A DNA stretch of 64,000 nucleotides from a bacterium (GCA_963674595.2 CAXXFV010000003.1:128001-192000), one strand, 5' to 3'. Positions 8,559 through 19,344 are shown, numbered from the stretch's first letter. Program-made: numbers and translations. Notes: generated from the sequence alone by a model not told the origin.

Positions 8559-9506
8559 TCATGACGGCTTTTTAAAAATTTCCAAAACTGTTTCAACGAT
8601 CTGAGTTTCAGATAACCGGTCGATATCAAGCCACTCAATTCGCAGGTCTTTACGAAACCAGGTAAGTTGTCGTTTGGCATAACGCCGTGTATTCTTTTTT
8701 ATCGTATCCACCATTTCCGTAAAAACCAACTCGTTATTTAAATAAGCAAACACTTCTTTATAACCAACGGTTTTCAGTGCGTTAAGCGATCCGTCAAAGC
8801 CCTGCTTTTTTAAGGACTCTACTTCCTCCAGCAAACCGTCTTTAAACATTTCGTCAACACGATATTCAATTCGGGAATAAAGTTCACTACGTTCACGAGT
8901 TAACCCTACAAAAACAGGTTGGAAATCAGCGGCATCCTCCTGCCCCTTTTGATATATTGAAATAGGCTCTCCTGTCAAATCATATACTTCCAGGGCCCGA
9001 ACAACCCGCTGAATATCATTTGGATGTAACCGTTTGGCTGAAACCGGATCAACTTTTTCCAACGCAGCAAAAACAGACTCAACACCGTCGGTTTCAACTT
9101 TTTTATGCCATTTTTCTTTTACAGTCAAATCCGAAACGCCAGGGGCAAAAAGACCATCCACCAAAGCTTGTATATAAAATCCGGACCCGCCGACCACAAC
9201 AGGAACAATTCCGTTTCGCAACAGGCCGTAAACACAATTTCGTGCCTCTCTTCCATACTCTCCGGCGCTGTAAAATTGGTCCGGCTCCCTGACATTTATA
9301 AAATGATGTTGAACGCTGTCAAGTTGTTCATGTGTTGGTTTGGCTGTTCCGATATCCATGTATTTATAAACCTGACGGGAATCCGCTGAAACAATATCAC
9401 CACCTAGTTTTCGGGCAATGTGAATTGAAACATCGGTTTTACCGACTGCTGTCGGGCCAACCAATATTAAAACTTTATTTTCTTTCAAAACGTTTGTCAA
9501 GTTCAT
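8559..9506 (-). CDS. miaA: tRNA dimethylallyltransferase
   Basis: GPTAVGKT, SADSRQVY, DIGTAKP, TRRYAKRQLTWF. Confidence 0.97.
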   Translation of the reverse strand: MNLTNVLKENKVLILVGPTAVGKTDVSIHIARKLGGDIVSADSRQVYKYMDIGTAKPTHEQLDSVQHHFINVREPDQFYSAGEYGREARNCVYGLLRNGIVPVVVGGSGFYIQALVDGLFAPGVSDLTVKEKWHKKVETDGVESVFAALEKVDPVSAKRLHPNDIQRVVRALEVYDLTGEPISIYQKGQEDAADFQPVFVGLTRERSELYSRIEYRVDEMFKDGLLEEVESLKKQGFDGSLNALKTVGYKEVFAYLNNELVFTEMVDTIKKNTRRYAKRQLTWFRKDLRIEWLDIDRLSETQIVETVLEIFKKPS

Positions 9507-11280
9507 CCATAGATATAGTAATCATTGTCGGGCGCCCGTGCGGACAAAAATAGGGATTGTCGCAAGCAAATAGCTGGTCCACCAGGGTATTCATAGCCTC
9601 ATAGGAAAGCCGTTCGCCGGCCATAATCGAGGAACGGCAGGCAAAACTTTTTGCCACACGTTCCTGAATATCGACTTCTGTTCCCAGTTTAATTTTATAT
9701 TCATCAAGAATATCCAGCAATGCTTTTTCTTCATTACCAATGCGCATGCCGGACGGCACACCTTCAACGATAATTGTACGTCCGCCGAACCCTTTTACTA
9801 CAAATCCCAGTTTTTCTAAAAACGGTAATATGTCCATAAGATATTGAAAATCTTCTGGAGAAAGTTCAACTGTTTCAGGAAAAAGTAATTGTTGTGAAGA
9901 GGCATCGCGTGCTCTGAAACTTTCTATTGCTTTTTCATACAAAATTCTTTCATGCGCCGCATGCTGATCAATTAAAACAATACCGCTTTTAATCTGCGAT
10001 AAAATAAACTTGTTATGAAATTGAAACATGTTTACAGATTCTGAGGCAGGTGGCTGCTGACTGCGTGAACTTGTTGTTTCCAGAGAATAATGCGACATCG
10101 GTGGCGCCGCAGGCATTACCGGCCCGGCAGAATTGGGATGGGCATCAAAATCGATGCTGGTTTGCATGGATGAAAAATTACGCATATCATCGATTAATGC
10201 GCGTCTTTTAAAAGATTTAAAGTCATTCGCACCAACCGGACTTGTGTTACCAGTTTCATCAAAATCCATGCCGGTCACAATCTGATCGGAAGCCAGCGTC
10301 CTCTTGATAGCACCGCGTACGAGCGAATAAATCATCTGCTGATCGGCAAATTTTATTTCACTTTTTGTCGGGTGAACATTAACGTCAATCCGTTCGGGTT
10401 TTATGTCCATTAATAAAACATAAAGAGGATACGTCCCTTTGGGAATGGTGTCCCCATATCCGGCAACAACGGCAGCGCCTATCGTGCGGTCTGTAATATA
10501 GCGGTTATTCACAAACAGGAATTGATCATTCCGCGATTTTCGAATGATTTCATTATCACCGATAAAACCGGTAAAATTAAACAGAGCATTTTTTTCCTGA
10601 ACTTTAACAACATGGTCTTTAACACGCTCACCTAAAACCTGACCAAGTCGTTCTTCAAAAGATACCGGTTTATAGTTAAATACCTCTTTTTCCTCGTTAA
10701 CCAGACTAAATCCGATTTGAGGATAACATAATGTAAATCTGTTTATTACAGACAGAATATGCCGATATTCCGTAGAAGGCGTACGTAAAAATTTTCGTCG
10801 GCCTGGTGTGTTGAAAAACAGGTTTTTAACGGAAATCATAGTTCCATGATTTCCACCGGTATGATCAACCTTTTGAACAATGCCGCCATCAATTGTAATC
10901 AACGTTCCTTCGATGGCATCTTTGGGCACAGTCCGCATTTCTACCTGAGAAACAGATGCAATACTTGCCAGCGCCTCACCGCGAAACCCGAGTGTACCGA
11001 TTCGTTCCACATCAGCAAAAGTCTCAATTTTGGAAGTTGCATGCCGTTGAAAAGACATAATGGCATCCTGCTCTTCCATTCCTGATCCGTTATCTATAAT
11101 TTGAATAAGGCTTGTTCCGCCGCCCTTGATAATAACACTGATTCTATCGGCACCGGCATCAATAGAATTTTCTATCATCTCTTTTACAACAGAAGAAGGA
11201 CGGTCAATAACTTCACCGGCAGCAATTTTATTTATTAAATTTTCCGGTAATACTTTAATTTTATATTTATTATCGTTCAC
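9475..11280 (-). CDS. mutL: DNA mismatch repair protein MutL
   Basis: IAAGEVIDRP, GFRGEALASI, DQHAAHERILYE, CPHGRP. Confidence 0.98.
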   Translation of the reverse strand: MNDNKYKIKVLPENLINKIAAGEVIDRPSSVVKEMIENSIDAGADRISVIIKGGGTSLIQIIDNGSGMEEQDAIMSFQRHATSKIETFADVERIGTLGFRGEALASIASVSQVEMRTVPKDAIEGTLITIDGGIVQKVDHTGGNHGTMISVKNLFFNTPGRRKFLRTPSTEYRHILSVINRFTLCYPQIGFSLVNEEKEVFNYKPVSFEERLGQVLGERVKDHVVKVQEKNALFNFTGFIGDNEIIRKSRNDQFLFVNNRYITDRTIGAAVVAGYGDTIPKGTYPLYVLLMDIKPERIDVNVHPTKSEIKFADQQMIYSLVRGAIKRTLASDQIVTGMDFDETGNTSPVGANDFKSFKRRALIDDMRNFSSMQTSIDFDAHPNSAGPVMPAAPPMSHYSLETTSSRSQQPPASESVNMFQFHNKFILSQIKSGIVLIDQHAAHERILYEKAIESFRARDASSQQLLFPETVELSPEDFQYLMDILPFLEKLGFVVKGFGGRTIIVEGVPSGMRIGNEEKALLDILDEYKIKLGTEVDIQERVAKSFACRSSIMAGERLSYEAMNTLVDQLFACDNPYFCPHGRPTMITISMDELDKRFERK

Positions 11281-11382
11281 ATTATCCTGCTAAAATAATT
11301 CATACACAAGTATACAGTATACCAATTTCCGGTTAGATTTCAAAGAATTTTATCCGGGAGAAAAAGTTGGACTGGAATTTTA

Positions 11383-12132
11383 TTACTTTAGTAAAAGCAT
11401 TTTTCGGCAGGCAGAGTAGGAATTTACGGATATATGATAATAATAAACACCGGATGAAAGAGAATTCCCGTCAATAATGATTTGATAATGTCCCTGTTTC
11501 AAAAAACGGTCAACGCATTGTTTCACTTTTTGTCCGGATGTATTAAAAACTGAGATCAGGACGTGCCCGGACTGCTCAAGTTCAAATTCTATTGTTGTAG
11601 AAGGATTAAATGGATTTGGAAAATTTTGACTCAATGAATATTGTAGAGGCACATTTGTTTGGTCAGTTTGAACCAATGTGGATGTTTGAAATTCTAAAAA
11701 ACCATTTACAGTATGAATGCTCTCTACTAAATTACCCTCCGGATTTGCAATCAACAGTCCTTCAGCAAAACGCAGCGAGTCCTGTTCCGGCAAATCAGCA
11801 GACAAACAATTATATTGTAAGCTGAAAAGCTGATGATTTCCAGGAGTAATAACAGCCCCCGTTAGTGAAAAAAACAGAATTTTGTTTTCGCGTTTTAAAA
11901 AACTAAAATCATCAAACTCGTCATTTACAATTAGAGAGTCTAAAAGGAAAAGACCGCTGTCGTTTTGGATTTCCAATTGAACTCCACTGACAGGCACCTC
12001 GTTTTCCAAATAAACCGGAACCCAAAACTCTTGTTCGGCAGGCCCGCTAAATGATCCGATTTTCAGTGTGACGGCATGTGCACAGCCGGCAATAAAAGTG
12101 AAGCAAATTAATTGTAATATCCAATTTTTCAT
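11383..12132 (-). CDS. Secreted protein, cohesin-like domain plus C-terminal sorting (T9SS/FlgD-like) domain
   Basis: Signal peptide; VPVYLEN..VSGVQL; QNFPNPFNPSTTI...KMLLLK. Confidence 0.7.
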   Translation of the reverse strand: MKNWILQLICFTFIAGCAHAVTLKIGSFSGPAEQEFWVPVYLENEVPVSGVQLEIQNDSGLFLLDSLIVNDEFDDFSFLKRENKILFFSLTGAVITPGNHQLFSLQYNCLSADLPEQDSLRFAEGLLIANPEGNLVESIHTVNGFLEFQTSTLVQTDQTNVPLQYSLSQNFPNPFNPSTTIEFELEQSGHVLISVFNTSGQKVKQCVDRFLKQGHYQIIIDGNSLSSGVYYYHISVNSYSACRKMLLLK

Positions 12133-12165
12133 TTTATTCGATATAAAGAATGAAGAGCGGTAAAT

Positions 12166-12190
12166 AAAAAAGCCCTGTTTTAAACAGGGC
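12166..12190 (-). terminator. Terminator of the BMC operon
   Basis: gccctgttt-t-aaacagggc with a T-run on the minus strand. Confidence 0.75.
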
Positions 12191-12196
12191 CAAATT

Positions 12197-12979
12197 TTAC
12201 TTTAATTTTGCTATGACCTGCCGGGTAATATTTTCAATAAGTTCAGCGGAAACAGGCTCATTTGTCTGAGGGGCCGAACCGGAGGTGTTTGTGCTGCAAG
12301 CACCGGTAATTTCACAAGCAGGGATACTCGCAGTAAGTCCCAATCTCTGTCGCAAGGCCATTAATTCCTCAACGTCTTTACCGCCTAATCCCTGAATATT
12401 ACCCAATTGATGAGCAACAAACATAATTTTTGCAAAATGCTCCATGGTTTCCATTTTATAGTGAGCATTTATAACAGAATCACCAACAGTAATTGCACCG
12501 TGATTTTCCAGTAAAATAGCATCATAGGTTTGAAAATATTTAACAACCACATCAGCCAGTTCCTGGGTACCGGGTGTTGCATATTCTGCAATAGGAATAG
12601 AGCCAACCGTAACAACAACTTCCGGCAGCACACACTGGTTTAATGGGATACCGGCAACAGCATAACCGGTTGCTGTTGGCGGATGCGCATGAACAACGGA
12701 ATTAACATTATCACGGGATTTGTAAATCGACAGGTGCATTTTTGACTCTGAAGATGGTTTGGATGAGCCTGATACTTTATTGCCATCAATATCAACAACA
12801 ACAAGTTCATCTATCGTTAAAAATCCCTTACTCCGGCCTGTCGGAGTCATGACGATATGACCATTATCAACCCGGACGGAAACATTTCCGTCATTCGCAG
12901 CCACATAACCGCGATCATAAATTCTTTTACAAACATCAATAATTTGTTTTTTTGCAGTATATACAGAATTAGTAGCCAT
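12197..12979 (-). CDS. Class II aldolase (fuculose/rhamnulose-phosphate aldolase-like) with C-terminal encapsulation peptide
   Basis: DGNVS, SSESKMH, VHAHP, LENHG; linker plus AELIENITRQVIAKLK amphipathic tail. Confidence 0.88.
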   Translation of the reverse strand: MATNSVYTAKKQIIDVCKRIYDRGYVAANDGNVSVRVDNGHIVMTPTGRSKGFLTIDELVVVDIDGNKVSGSSKPSSESKMHLSIYKSRDNVNSVVHAHPPTATGYAVAGIPLNQCVLPEVVVTVGSIPIAEYATPGTQELADVVVKYFQTYDAILLENHGAITVGDSVINAHYKMETMEHFAKIMFVAHQLGNIQGLGGKDVEELMALRQRLGLTASIPACEITGACSTNTSGSAPQTNEPVSAELIENITRQVIAKLK

Positions 12980-13002
12980 AATACCTTCTCATGTTTTTTA
13001 GT

Positions 13003-13275
13003 TTATTTTTTTAAATCAATTCGGTCAATAAAACCGACGATAACACTTCGAACAGGCGCCTGCACCTGTCCTAAAATATCGGAAGCCGCTTTGCCTTCCC
13101 GGGACACGAGGACAACATCTCCAATACCGGCATCAACAGAATCAACAGCAACAGTAACAGCTCCGGTTGGATTGAGGTCCAAATCAAGAGATTCAACAAG
13201 CATCAGTTTTGTGTTTTTATAACACGAATGCTTGACGGTTGAGACAATATTTCCAATTACGACGTTAATTTCCAT
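13003..13275 (-). CDS. BMC pentamer (EutN/CcmL family)
   Basis: VIGNIVSTVKH...VAVDSVDAGIGDVVL...IVGFID. Confidence 0.9.
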   Translation of the reverse strand: MEINVVIGNIVSTVKHSCYKNTKLMLVESLDLDLNPTGAVTVAVDSVDAGIGDVVLVSREGKAASDILGQVQAPVRSVIVGFIDRIDLKK

Positions 13276-13279
13276 TTGC

Positions 13280-13597
13280 TTACATTTTCTTCTTTTGCCA
13301 TTGTTTTAACAAACTTTTTATCTTTTCGCGATCATCTACATAATGTGAGTCGATAATTCCAACGATTGAAGCATCAGACGGGATTTTCTTTCCGGGAATC
13401 GCAAATGTTCCTTCGCGTGACCCTACCCAAAAAACAAAATCACCTTCGCCGGAACCAATTGCATCTGCGGCAATAATAGGTGTACCAACCGGTTGCATAT
13501 CATCGTTTAACGGCTGTAATACATAAAGTTTAACTCCTGTTAATTGGGGATCTTTATGCGTTGCCCAAATTTTGCCTACAACTTTACCTAGTTTCAT
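13280..13597 (-). CDS. BMC pentamer (EutN/CcmL family)
   Basis: GKVVGKIWATHKD...AADAIGSGEGD...DASIVGIID. Confidence 0.9.
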   Translation of the reverse strand: MKLGKVVGKIWATHKDPQLTGVKLYVLQPLNDDMQPVGTPIIAADAIGSGEGDFVFWVGSREGTFAIPGKKIPSDASIVGIIDSHYVDDREKIKSLLKQWQKKKM

Positions 13598-13606
13598 AAC
13601 CGACTC

Positions 13607-15040
13607 TTAAACAACACGTAAATAATCAACCATTGAACAACGTCGCATACGGGTAAAAGTACGTGCAGACGTGATACCTTCACCGGTTGGACTTGCAATA
13701 CTGTGAGTTAAAAAACCTTCACCGCCAACACCAAGACCAGCAGTCGAGGGACCATTTTTAACAAAAAGGGTACAATTCATAATTTTACCCATTTTGGTCA
13801 GATTTTCTACATTCTTGGAATGCATAATAGCGGTGTGACGGAATCCGTGTTCTACTTTTCGAGCCAGTTGAATAGCAGCATCAACATTGGGTGAACGTAA
13901 AAACGGTAAACAATTCATCATCTGTTCGCCAACCACAAAGGGATGATCATCCGGGGTTTCGCCAAAAAGCATAACCGTATCTTTAGGAATGGTTATACCC
14001 AGTGCATTTGCCAGATAATGTGCATCTTTACCGACAAATTCTCTATTCAGAACCGGTTCATCTGTTCCTCGTCCGCCATTTTTAAAGACCTTTTCTGCCA
14101 GGGCGTTCATCTGGTCCAAAGACAATTCAAAAGAATTATGGGCAATCAGTTGTCGTTTCAGTTCGTCTGCAACACTGTTGACAACGATAATAATTTTTTC
14201 AGCAATACATAATAAATTATTATCAAAAGTCGCACCGGCTATAATGCTTTTAGCGGCATTTTCCAAATCTGCTGTTTCATCGACAACAACAGGCGGATTA
14301 CCAGGCCCGGCACAGATGGCACGTTTACCGGCTTTCATGGCAGCCCTTACAACGCCTGGGCCACCGGTGATACATAAAATAGCAATCTTGGGATGGGTAA
14401 AAAGTGCTGTTCCTGTGTCCATGGTCGGCGTTTTAACAGAAGTAAGCAGGTTTGCCGGCCCGCCAACATTTATAATCGCTTTGTTTATCTTTTCAACAGC
14501 ATAGTTTGATACGTTTTTGGCGCCGGGATGAGGATTCATTACAGCAGAATTACCAGCCGCAATCATACTGATGGCATTATTAATCAACGTAGGTACCGGA
14601 TGCGTAGAGGGTAATATCGCACCAATAACACCAAAAGGCGCCATTTCAACAACAGTCAGTCCATGATCGCCGGACCAGGCAACTGTTTCCAGGTCTTCTA
14701 CACCAGGGGTCATTTTAGAGGCGAGATCACATTTCATCACCTTGTGCTCTAAATTCCCCATTTTGGTTTCCTCAAAAATCCTTGTAGCAAAATCTCTGGC
14801 ATTTTCAATGCCGACATTTCGGATAGCCTGAATTATCTCTTTTCTTTTTTCCAAAGACATCTCAGCCAGTGCTGCCTGCGCATCATAAGCAGCATTTACC
14901 GCTTCGTCAATAGTATCAAATAAACCGTATCCGGTGCAGGTAGAGCAGGTTTCGCTCGTTGTAGCTTTACCATTGCGATCCAGTTCGTCTAAAACTTTCT
15001 GAACAATGGTATTAATTTGAGATTGGTCCATTTTTTTCAC
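13607..15040 (-). CDS. CoA-acylating aldehyde dehydrogenase (EutE/PduP-like) with N-terminal encapsulation peptide
   Basis: INTIVQKVLDEL leader; APFGVIGA, TGGPGVV, AGPGNPP, FDNNLLCIAEK, PTGEG. Confidence 0.92.
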   Translation of the reverse strand: MKKMDQSQINTIVQKVLDELDRNGKATTSETCSTCTGYGLFDTIDEAVNAAYDAQAALAEMSLEKRKEIIQAIRNVGIENARDFATRIFEETKMGNLEHKVMKCDLASKMTPGVEDLETVAWSGDHGLTVVEMAPFGVIGAILPSTHPVPTLINNAISMIAAGNSAVMNPHPGAKNVSNYAVEKINKAIINVGGPANLLTSVKTPTMDTGTALFTHPKIAILCITGGPGVVRAAMKAGKRAICAGPGNPPVVVDETADLENAAKSIIAGATFDNNLLCIAEKIIIVVNSVADELKRQLIAHNSFELSLDQMNALAEKVFKNGGRGTDEPVLNREFVGKDAHYLANALGITIPKDTVMLFGETPDDHPFVVGEQMMNCLPFLRSPNVDAAIQLARKVEHGFRHTAIMHSKNVENLTKMGKIMNCTLFVKNGPSTAGLGVGGEGFLTHSIASPTGEGITSARTFTRMRRCSMVDYLRVV

Positions 15041-15090
15041 CTTTTTTATTACAAATAAAAATCATTATCAAAATATAGAGTAAGACAAGA

Positions 15091-15378
15091 TTATTTTTGA
15101 TAAACAATCTTTCCGGAAAATTCCAGCGTATCAACAATTCCAATAATCGATGTATCTGTCGGAACAGTATCCATGTTCAAAGCCTGTCTTGCAGAACTTC
15201 CCCTGACGATGATAACAACTTCATCAGTTCCGGCGCCCACAGTATCAACAGCCACAACATGGTTTTTTGTTGCCGTTCCGTCACCGCTAAGAAGATTTAC
15301 AATCAACAGTTTACTGCCGGATAATTTTTTATCTTTTACGGTTGAAACAACCGTTCCTACAACTTTTCCAAGTTCCAC
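15091..15378 (-). CDS. BMC pentamer (EutN/CcmL family)
   Basis: GKVVGTVVSTVKD...VAVDTVGAG..E.V....GSSAR...IIGIVD. Confidence 0.92.
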   Translation of the reverse strand: MELGKVVGTVVSTVKDKKLSGSKLLIVNLLSGDGTATKNHVVAVDTVGAGTDEVVIIVRGSSARQALNMDTVPTDTSIIGIVDTLEFSGKIVYQK

Positions 15379-15404
15379 GATTTTTTCCTCGTGTTTTTAG
15401 TTAT

Positions 15405-16121
15405 TTATTCCAGTAATCCTTCATCGGCAAAACTGAAATAGGATTCTTTACCAATGATAATATGATCCAGCACAGCCAAATCAATATATTTACACGCTTG
15501 CACAATTTTTCTTGTCACATTCTTGTCCTCCTGAGAAGGACCCGGATCACCGCTGGGGTGATTATGCAAAAGGATAACAGACGCAGCAGATAGTTGAACA
15601 GCCGATAAAATAATTTCTCTCGGAGAAACGACACTTTCCGCCAGACTTCCTTCGAACAAGACTTTATCAGCGATGACGTCATTTTTTCGCGTCAAATATA
15701 AAACTCTAAACTCTTCCCGTCCAAGGTCTCGCATTCTCAAATAGACGAGTCTGTGAACGTCTTCAGCACATCGTACCTGGTTACAGACATCAGATTTTTG
15801 TTGTACCAACCGTTTTGCCAATTCAAAAGCAGCTTTAATTTGGGCTGCCTTGGCTTCACCGATTCCGTTTACCTGACAAAGAACCTGGGCCGGCTGCTGA
15901 TCAATTCCTCGAATTCCGTTGTATTCACCGAGTAAATACCGCGCCAAATCAACAGAGGTACCTTGACTGCTTCCGGTCCTTAAAAGAATAGCCAACAATT
16001 CCGCATCAGAAAGGTGTTCTGCGCCATACTGCAACAGTCTCTCTCTTGGTCTTTCATCTGCCGGCCATTCCGGTATTTTAATCGAATACTGCCCCATACC
16101 AAGATTCCAAATATAATGCAA
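15405..16121 (-). CDS. radC: RadC family JAB-domain protein
   Basis: ERPRERLL, LSDAELLAILL, HNHPSGDPGPS..D, LDHIII. Confidence 0.93.
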   Translation of the reverse strand: MHYIWNLGMGQYSIKIPEWPADERPRERLLQYGAEHLSDAELLAILLRTGSSQGTSVDLARYLLGEYNGIRGIDQQPAQVLCQVNGIGEAKAAQIKAAFELAKRLVQQKSDVCNQVRCAEDVHRLVYLRMRDLGREEFRVLYLTRKNDVIADKVLFEGSLAESVVSPREIILSAVQLSAASVILLHNHPSGDPGPSQEDKNVTRKIVQACKYIDLAVLDHIIIGKESYFSFADEGLLE

Positions 16122-16161
16122 TTCTTACATAAAATCAAGAATCAATTATCATCTAATAAAT

Positions 16162-16191
16162 AAAAAAAGCCGTATCAAAATTTGATACGGC
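16162..16191 (-). terminator. Rho-independent terminator
   Basis: gccgtatcaaa-a-tttgatacggc with a T-run on the minus strand. Confidence 0.75.
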
Positions 16192-16197
16192 AACATT

Positions 16198-18150
16198 TTA
16201 GAGTATTTTTACCATCTTTTTAGTAAAACGATGGTTATTATTAATCAAACTAAAGAGATACACCCCGGAACCAACCGGAAATCCCAAATCATCGTTTCCA
16301 TCCCATTCTATATGATAATATCCGCTTTTGGCAGGTTCATCAACCAAAGTGCGAATGTGTTTTCCTAAAAGATCATAAATTACCAGTTTTACATTTCCTT
16401 CCGCAAAAGATGGCAATTCAAAATCTATTTTTGTGGATGGATTAAAAGGATTGGGATAGTTTTGACAGAGAACAAATGTTTCCGGCGCCTCTAATGTAAT
16501 TTGTATAACGTTGGAATATTCAAATGTTCCGTCAAAATTAATTTGACGCAAACGATACTCATATTGACCGCTTGTTTGCGGATGATCAATTAAAGAGTAT
16601 AAATGTTCTTCATTTGTTGTTCCAAAACCGTTTTTAAAACCAATTTTTTGCCACGCCTCATTCTGAGCAGACCGTCGCTCAACATCAAAACCGAGATTAT
16701 TGGTTTCCGTTATGGTGGTCCAGGACAAATCAATATATCCGTCATAAGAACGGCCAATAAAACCGGCAAGTTCAACCGGAACATATATGGATTCACCGGA
16801 GATAAGGCTGGTTAACGGATTTTGAACACAATCCAAAATATTTGCAGCGCTATCCGGTGTTATGTTTGCGCCTAAAAAATACAGTTGAAAACCAAGAGGC
16901 AGTTCACCTTCAATCGTGCCTTCGTATTTTGCACCCGTATCACCCCAGGAACCTCCGGTACCGGTATCACCACCGGCATCATCCCAGGTGTTTGCATCAT
17001 CTGTTCCGGAAACTGCATCGTGATAATAGAGCGCTTCAGTAGATGAAGGGACATCCGGAATTAAAGAAAATGAAAGCAGTGTACCGGGAGCACCGGTTTG
17101 CATCCACCAGTTCCATTGGTTTAATTGCAATGTTCGGTCAAACGCGGCATCTGCGCTGCTGTTAATAAAAACACCATCAGGGTGAACCGCAGCCGACCCT
17201 GGTGTGTGCATACGCATACCGTAAGCATAAGGCAACAAATCAAAAGAGTAACGGGCGTATTTGACATCACCATATTGTTTTACTGCATCTAATGGAATTG
17301 TATTTTCTCCAAAGTCCACAAAATGCCGATAATATTTAAGATCAAACTTTGTTACGGAAACATCACCAACACCTTCAACAGAAATTTTTATAAACCACCG
17401 TCGAACAATACGTATCGGGGCCTGAGTTTTATTAACCTGTGTGGGTGCATTTTTCGTAATGCTGTCTTCAGTTATTACAATAGGAACGTCCTTAAAAATA
17501 AAAAAATCGATTAATGCACCAACTCTTATTTTCAAACGTTCTAAAAAATTTATACCCGAACCGCCGGCCGCTACAGGAATCGTCAGTCCACCGAGGTTAC
17601 CGCCCAGAGCATCAGGATGTTCCATGATATAATTTGTAGAAGTAATTTTATCGGTCGTTGCATCATATTGCAACCCTGTATTGTTTAAAACAGGCGGATT
17701 ATCCGTCCGATAAACATACACATACCCTGTGGTTCCGGCAACGTTATCAATAACGGTTATCTGATACCGTTTATAATTTGCAGAACTTGCATCATTAATC
17801 CAGGATTCCGGAGGGGCCAGGTCACCACAATCTTTGGCCATAAACAGGATTTCATCATTTGTGTCAAAAATTGTGTCCGTATCTTCAAAATAAGGAAAGT
17901 TATCTATTTGAAAGGGTATTAAACTCCATTGTCCTGTACCGGAATCGTATTTGTATAAAACAATAAGGCTGCTGTTAATATTATTAACATCAGCCATGAC
18001 CGGTGCGGTGCCATCCTGTTCATTGGTAACAACCACAGCATCAAATTCACGAGTTATCCTGCTCCAGGCAAACTGTGAACATAGTAAACTGTAAGCTACA
18101 ATACCCCATAAGACATTTCGAACTTTCATTTGAAACAGCCTCATCTTCAT
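16198..18150 (-). CDS. Secreted protein with C-terminal FlgD-Ig/T9SS-like sorting domain
   Basis: Signal peptide; PVEL..F, YRLRQINFDG, QNYPNPFNPST, WDGNDD. Confidence 0.75.
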   Translation of the reverse strand: MKMRLFQMKVRNVLWGIVAYSLLCSQFAWSRITREFDAVVVTNEQDGTAPVMADVNNINSSLIVLYKYDSGTGQWSLIPFQIDNFPYFEDTDTIFDTNDEILFMAKDCGDLAPPESWINDASSANYKRYQITVIDNVAGTTGYVYVYRTDNPPVLNNTGLQYDATTDKITSTNYIMEHPDALGGNLGGLTIPVAAGGSGINFLERLKIRVGALIDFFIFKDVPIVITEDSITKNAPTQVNKTQAPIRIVRRWFIKISVEGVGDVSVTKFDLKYYRHFVDFGENTIPLDAVKQYGDVKYARYSFDLLPYAYGMRMHTPGSAAVHPDGVFINSSADAAFDRTLQLNQWNWWMQTGAPGTLLSFSLIPDVPSSTEALYYHDAVSGTDDANTWDDAGGDTGTGGSWGDTGAKYEGTIEGELPLGFQLYFLGANITPDSAANILDCVQNPLTSLISGESIYVPVELAGFIGRSYDGYIDLSWTTITETNNLGFDVERRSAQNEAWQKIGFKNGFGTTNEEHLYSLIDHPQTSGQYEYRLRQINFDGTFEYSNVIQITLEAPETFVLCQNYPNPFNPSTKIDFELPSFAEGNVKLVIYDLLGKHIRTLVDEPAKSGYYHIEWDGNDDLGFPVGSGVYLFSLINNNHRFTKKMVKIL

Positions 18151-18180
18151 AGGTAATTTTCCCTAATGCATTAAATTATT

Positions 18181-18528
18181 CTAGAATGAATCAACAGCTT
18201 CTTCAACAGTTTCAAATGTATCAAAAATTGTGATTAATTTTGTGATCATGAACAAACTTTTAACTTTTTCTGTTACACGAGCCAATTTTAAATCACCATC
18301 GGCATTGCGTAAAGTTGTCATAGAACCCATCAAAGCGCCCAATCCGGTACTATTCATCCAACTTACTTTGCCTAAATCTATTACTACTTTTTTAATATCA
18401 TTAGCAACCAGTTCTTTACATTTATCATGAACAGCCATTGTTTCAGAACCACCCATAAGTTTACCTTTAAGCTCTAAAACTGCTACTTGACCATTCATTG
18501 TTTCTTTAATAGGCATTTTATCCTCCAC
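18181..18528 (-). CDS. STAS-domain anti-sigma factor antagonist
   Basis: VVIDLGKVSWMNSTGLGALM. Confidence 0.9.
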   Translation of the reverse strand: MEDKMPIKETMNGQVAVLELKGKLMGGSETMAVHDKCKELVANDIKKVVIDLGKVSWMNSTGLGALMGSMTTLRNADGDLKLARVTEKVKSLFMITKLITIFDTFETVEEAVDSF

Positions 18529-18612
18529 TGAGTTATTTTCATAATTCGTACAGTATCCGTAAAAGTAAAGCTTTTTTTAATTCAAATCAACTGTAATTTC
18601 TTCTTTTTCATT

Positions 18613-19344
18613 TTATGACGCTTGTTGGAACAAACGTTTTGCTTTTTTATTTTCCGGATTTATTCGTATTGCTTCGCTTAAAGCCCGGCGGGCACGCTCC
18701 TGCCAGCCGTTTTCCATACAAAATTTTCCGACGCGATAAAAAGCAGTATCAATTTTGTCATTCCCTTCAATCGTTTCCAATAAATCATAAACACTCTCCC
18801 CCAGTGTCTTTTTTACATATTGATCATTTTCAACAAGATAAGATATAACAATTATATTATCTTTACAATCTTTTAAAACCCGTTTTATAAGGTCAACTCC
18901 TTCTTCAAATAAATAATGAATTTTACTCCAATACAAGTCAAAGGAAAACTTGGATTGGGTGTAATCTTCACTGTCTGTAGCATAGTGTTCCATAACATAG
19001 ACCAATTCCCGCGTTACCATAATTTTATGGAATAACAATCCAATGTTATTGATTAATTCCGTTTCATCTTTATTTGGTTCATATTTATCAGATTTCTCAT
19101 ACATCGAGTTCTGCGGATCAATAACTCTTTTAAAAACAAGATGCAGATCTTCCTTGATCGTAAACAACAAATCGGATAATTTTTTAAGTTTCGCAAATGA
19201 AGCCGCCTGATCGCTGGATGTTTCCATATCCAGGTTGCCGAACATGTTTTTCGCCCGCAGATAATCAGCAATGGTTTTCCGAATTATCCAGGGTTTATGC
19301 GATTTTACAAATGGACTTATATTTTCGTTCATTTTGGTTATCAT
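18613..19344 (-). CDS. Hypothetical protein with a C-terminal TPR
   Basis: FYRVGKFC...ARRALSEAIRINPEN. Confidence 0.6.
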   Translation of the reverse strand: MITKMNENISPFVKSHKPWIIRKTIADYLRAKNMFGNLDMETSSDQAASFAKLKKLSDLLFTIKEDLHLVFKRVIDPQNSMYEKSDKYEPNKDETELINNIGLLFHKIMVTRELVYVMEHYATDSEDYTQSKFSFDLYWSKIHYLFEEGVDLIKRVLKDCKDNIIVISYLVENDQYVKKTLGESVYDLLETIEGNDKIDTAFYRVGKFCMENGWQERARRALSEAIRINPENKKAKRLFQQAS

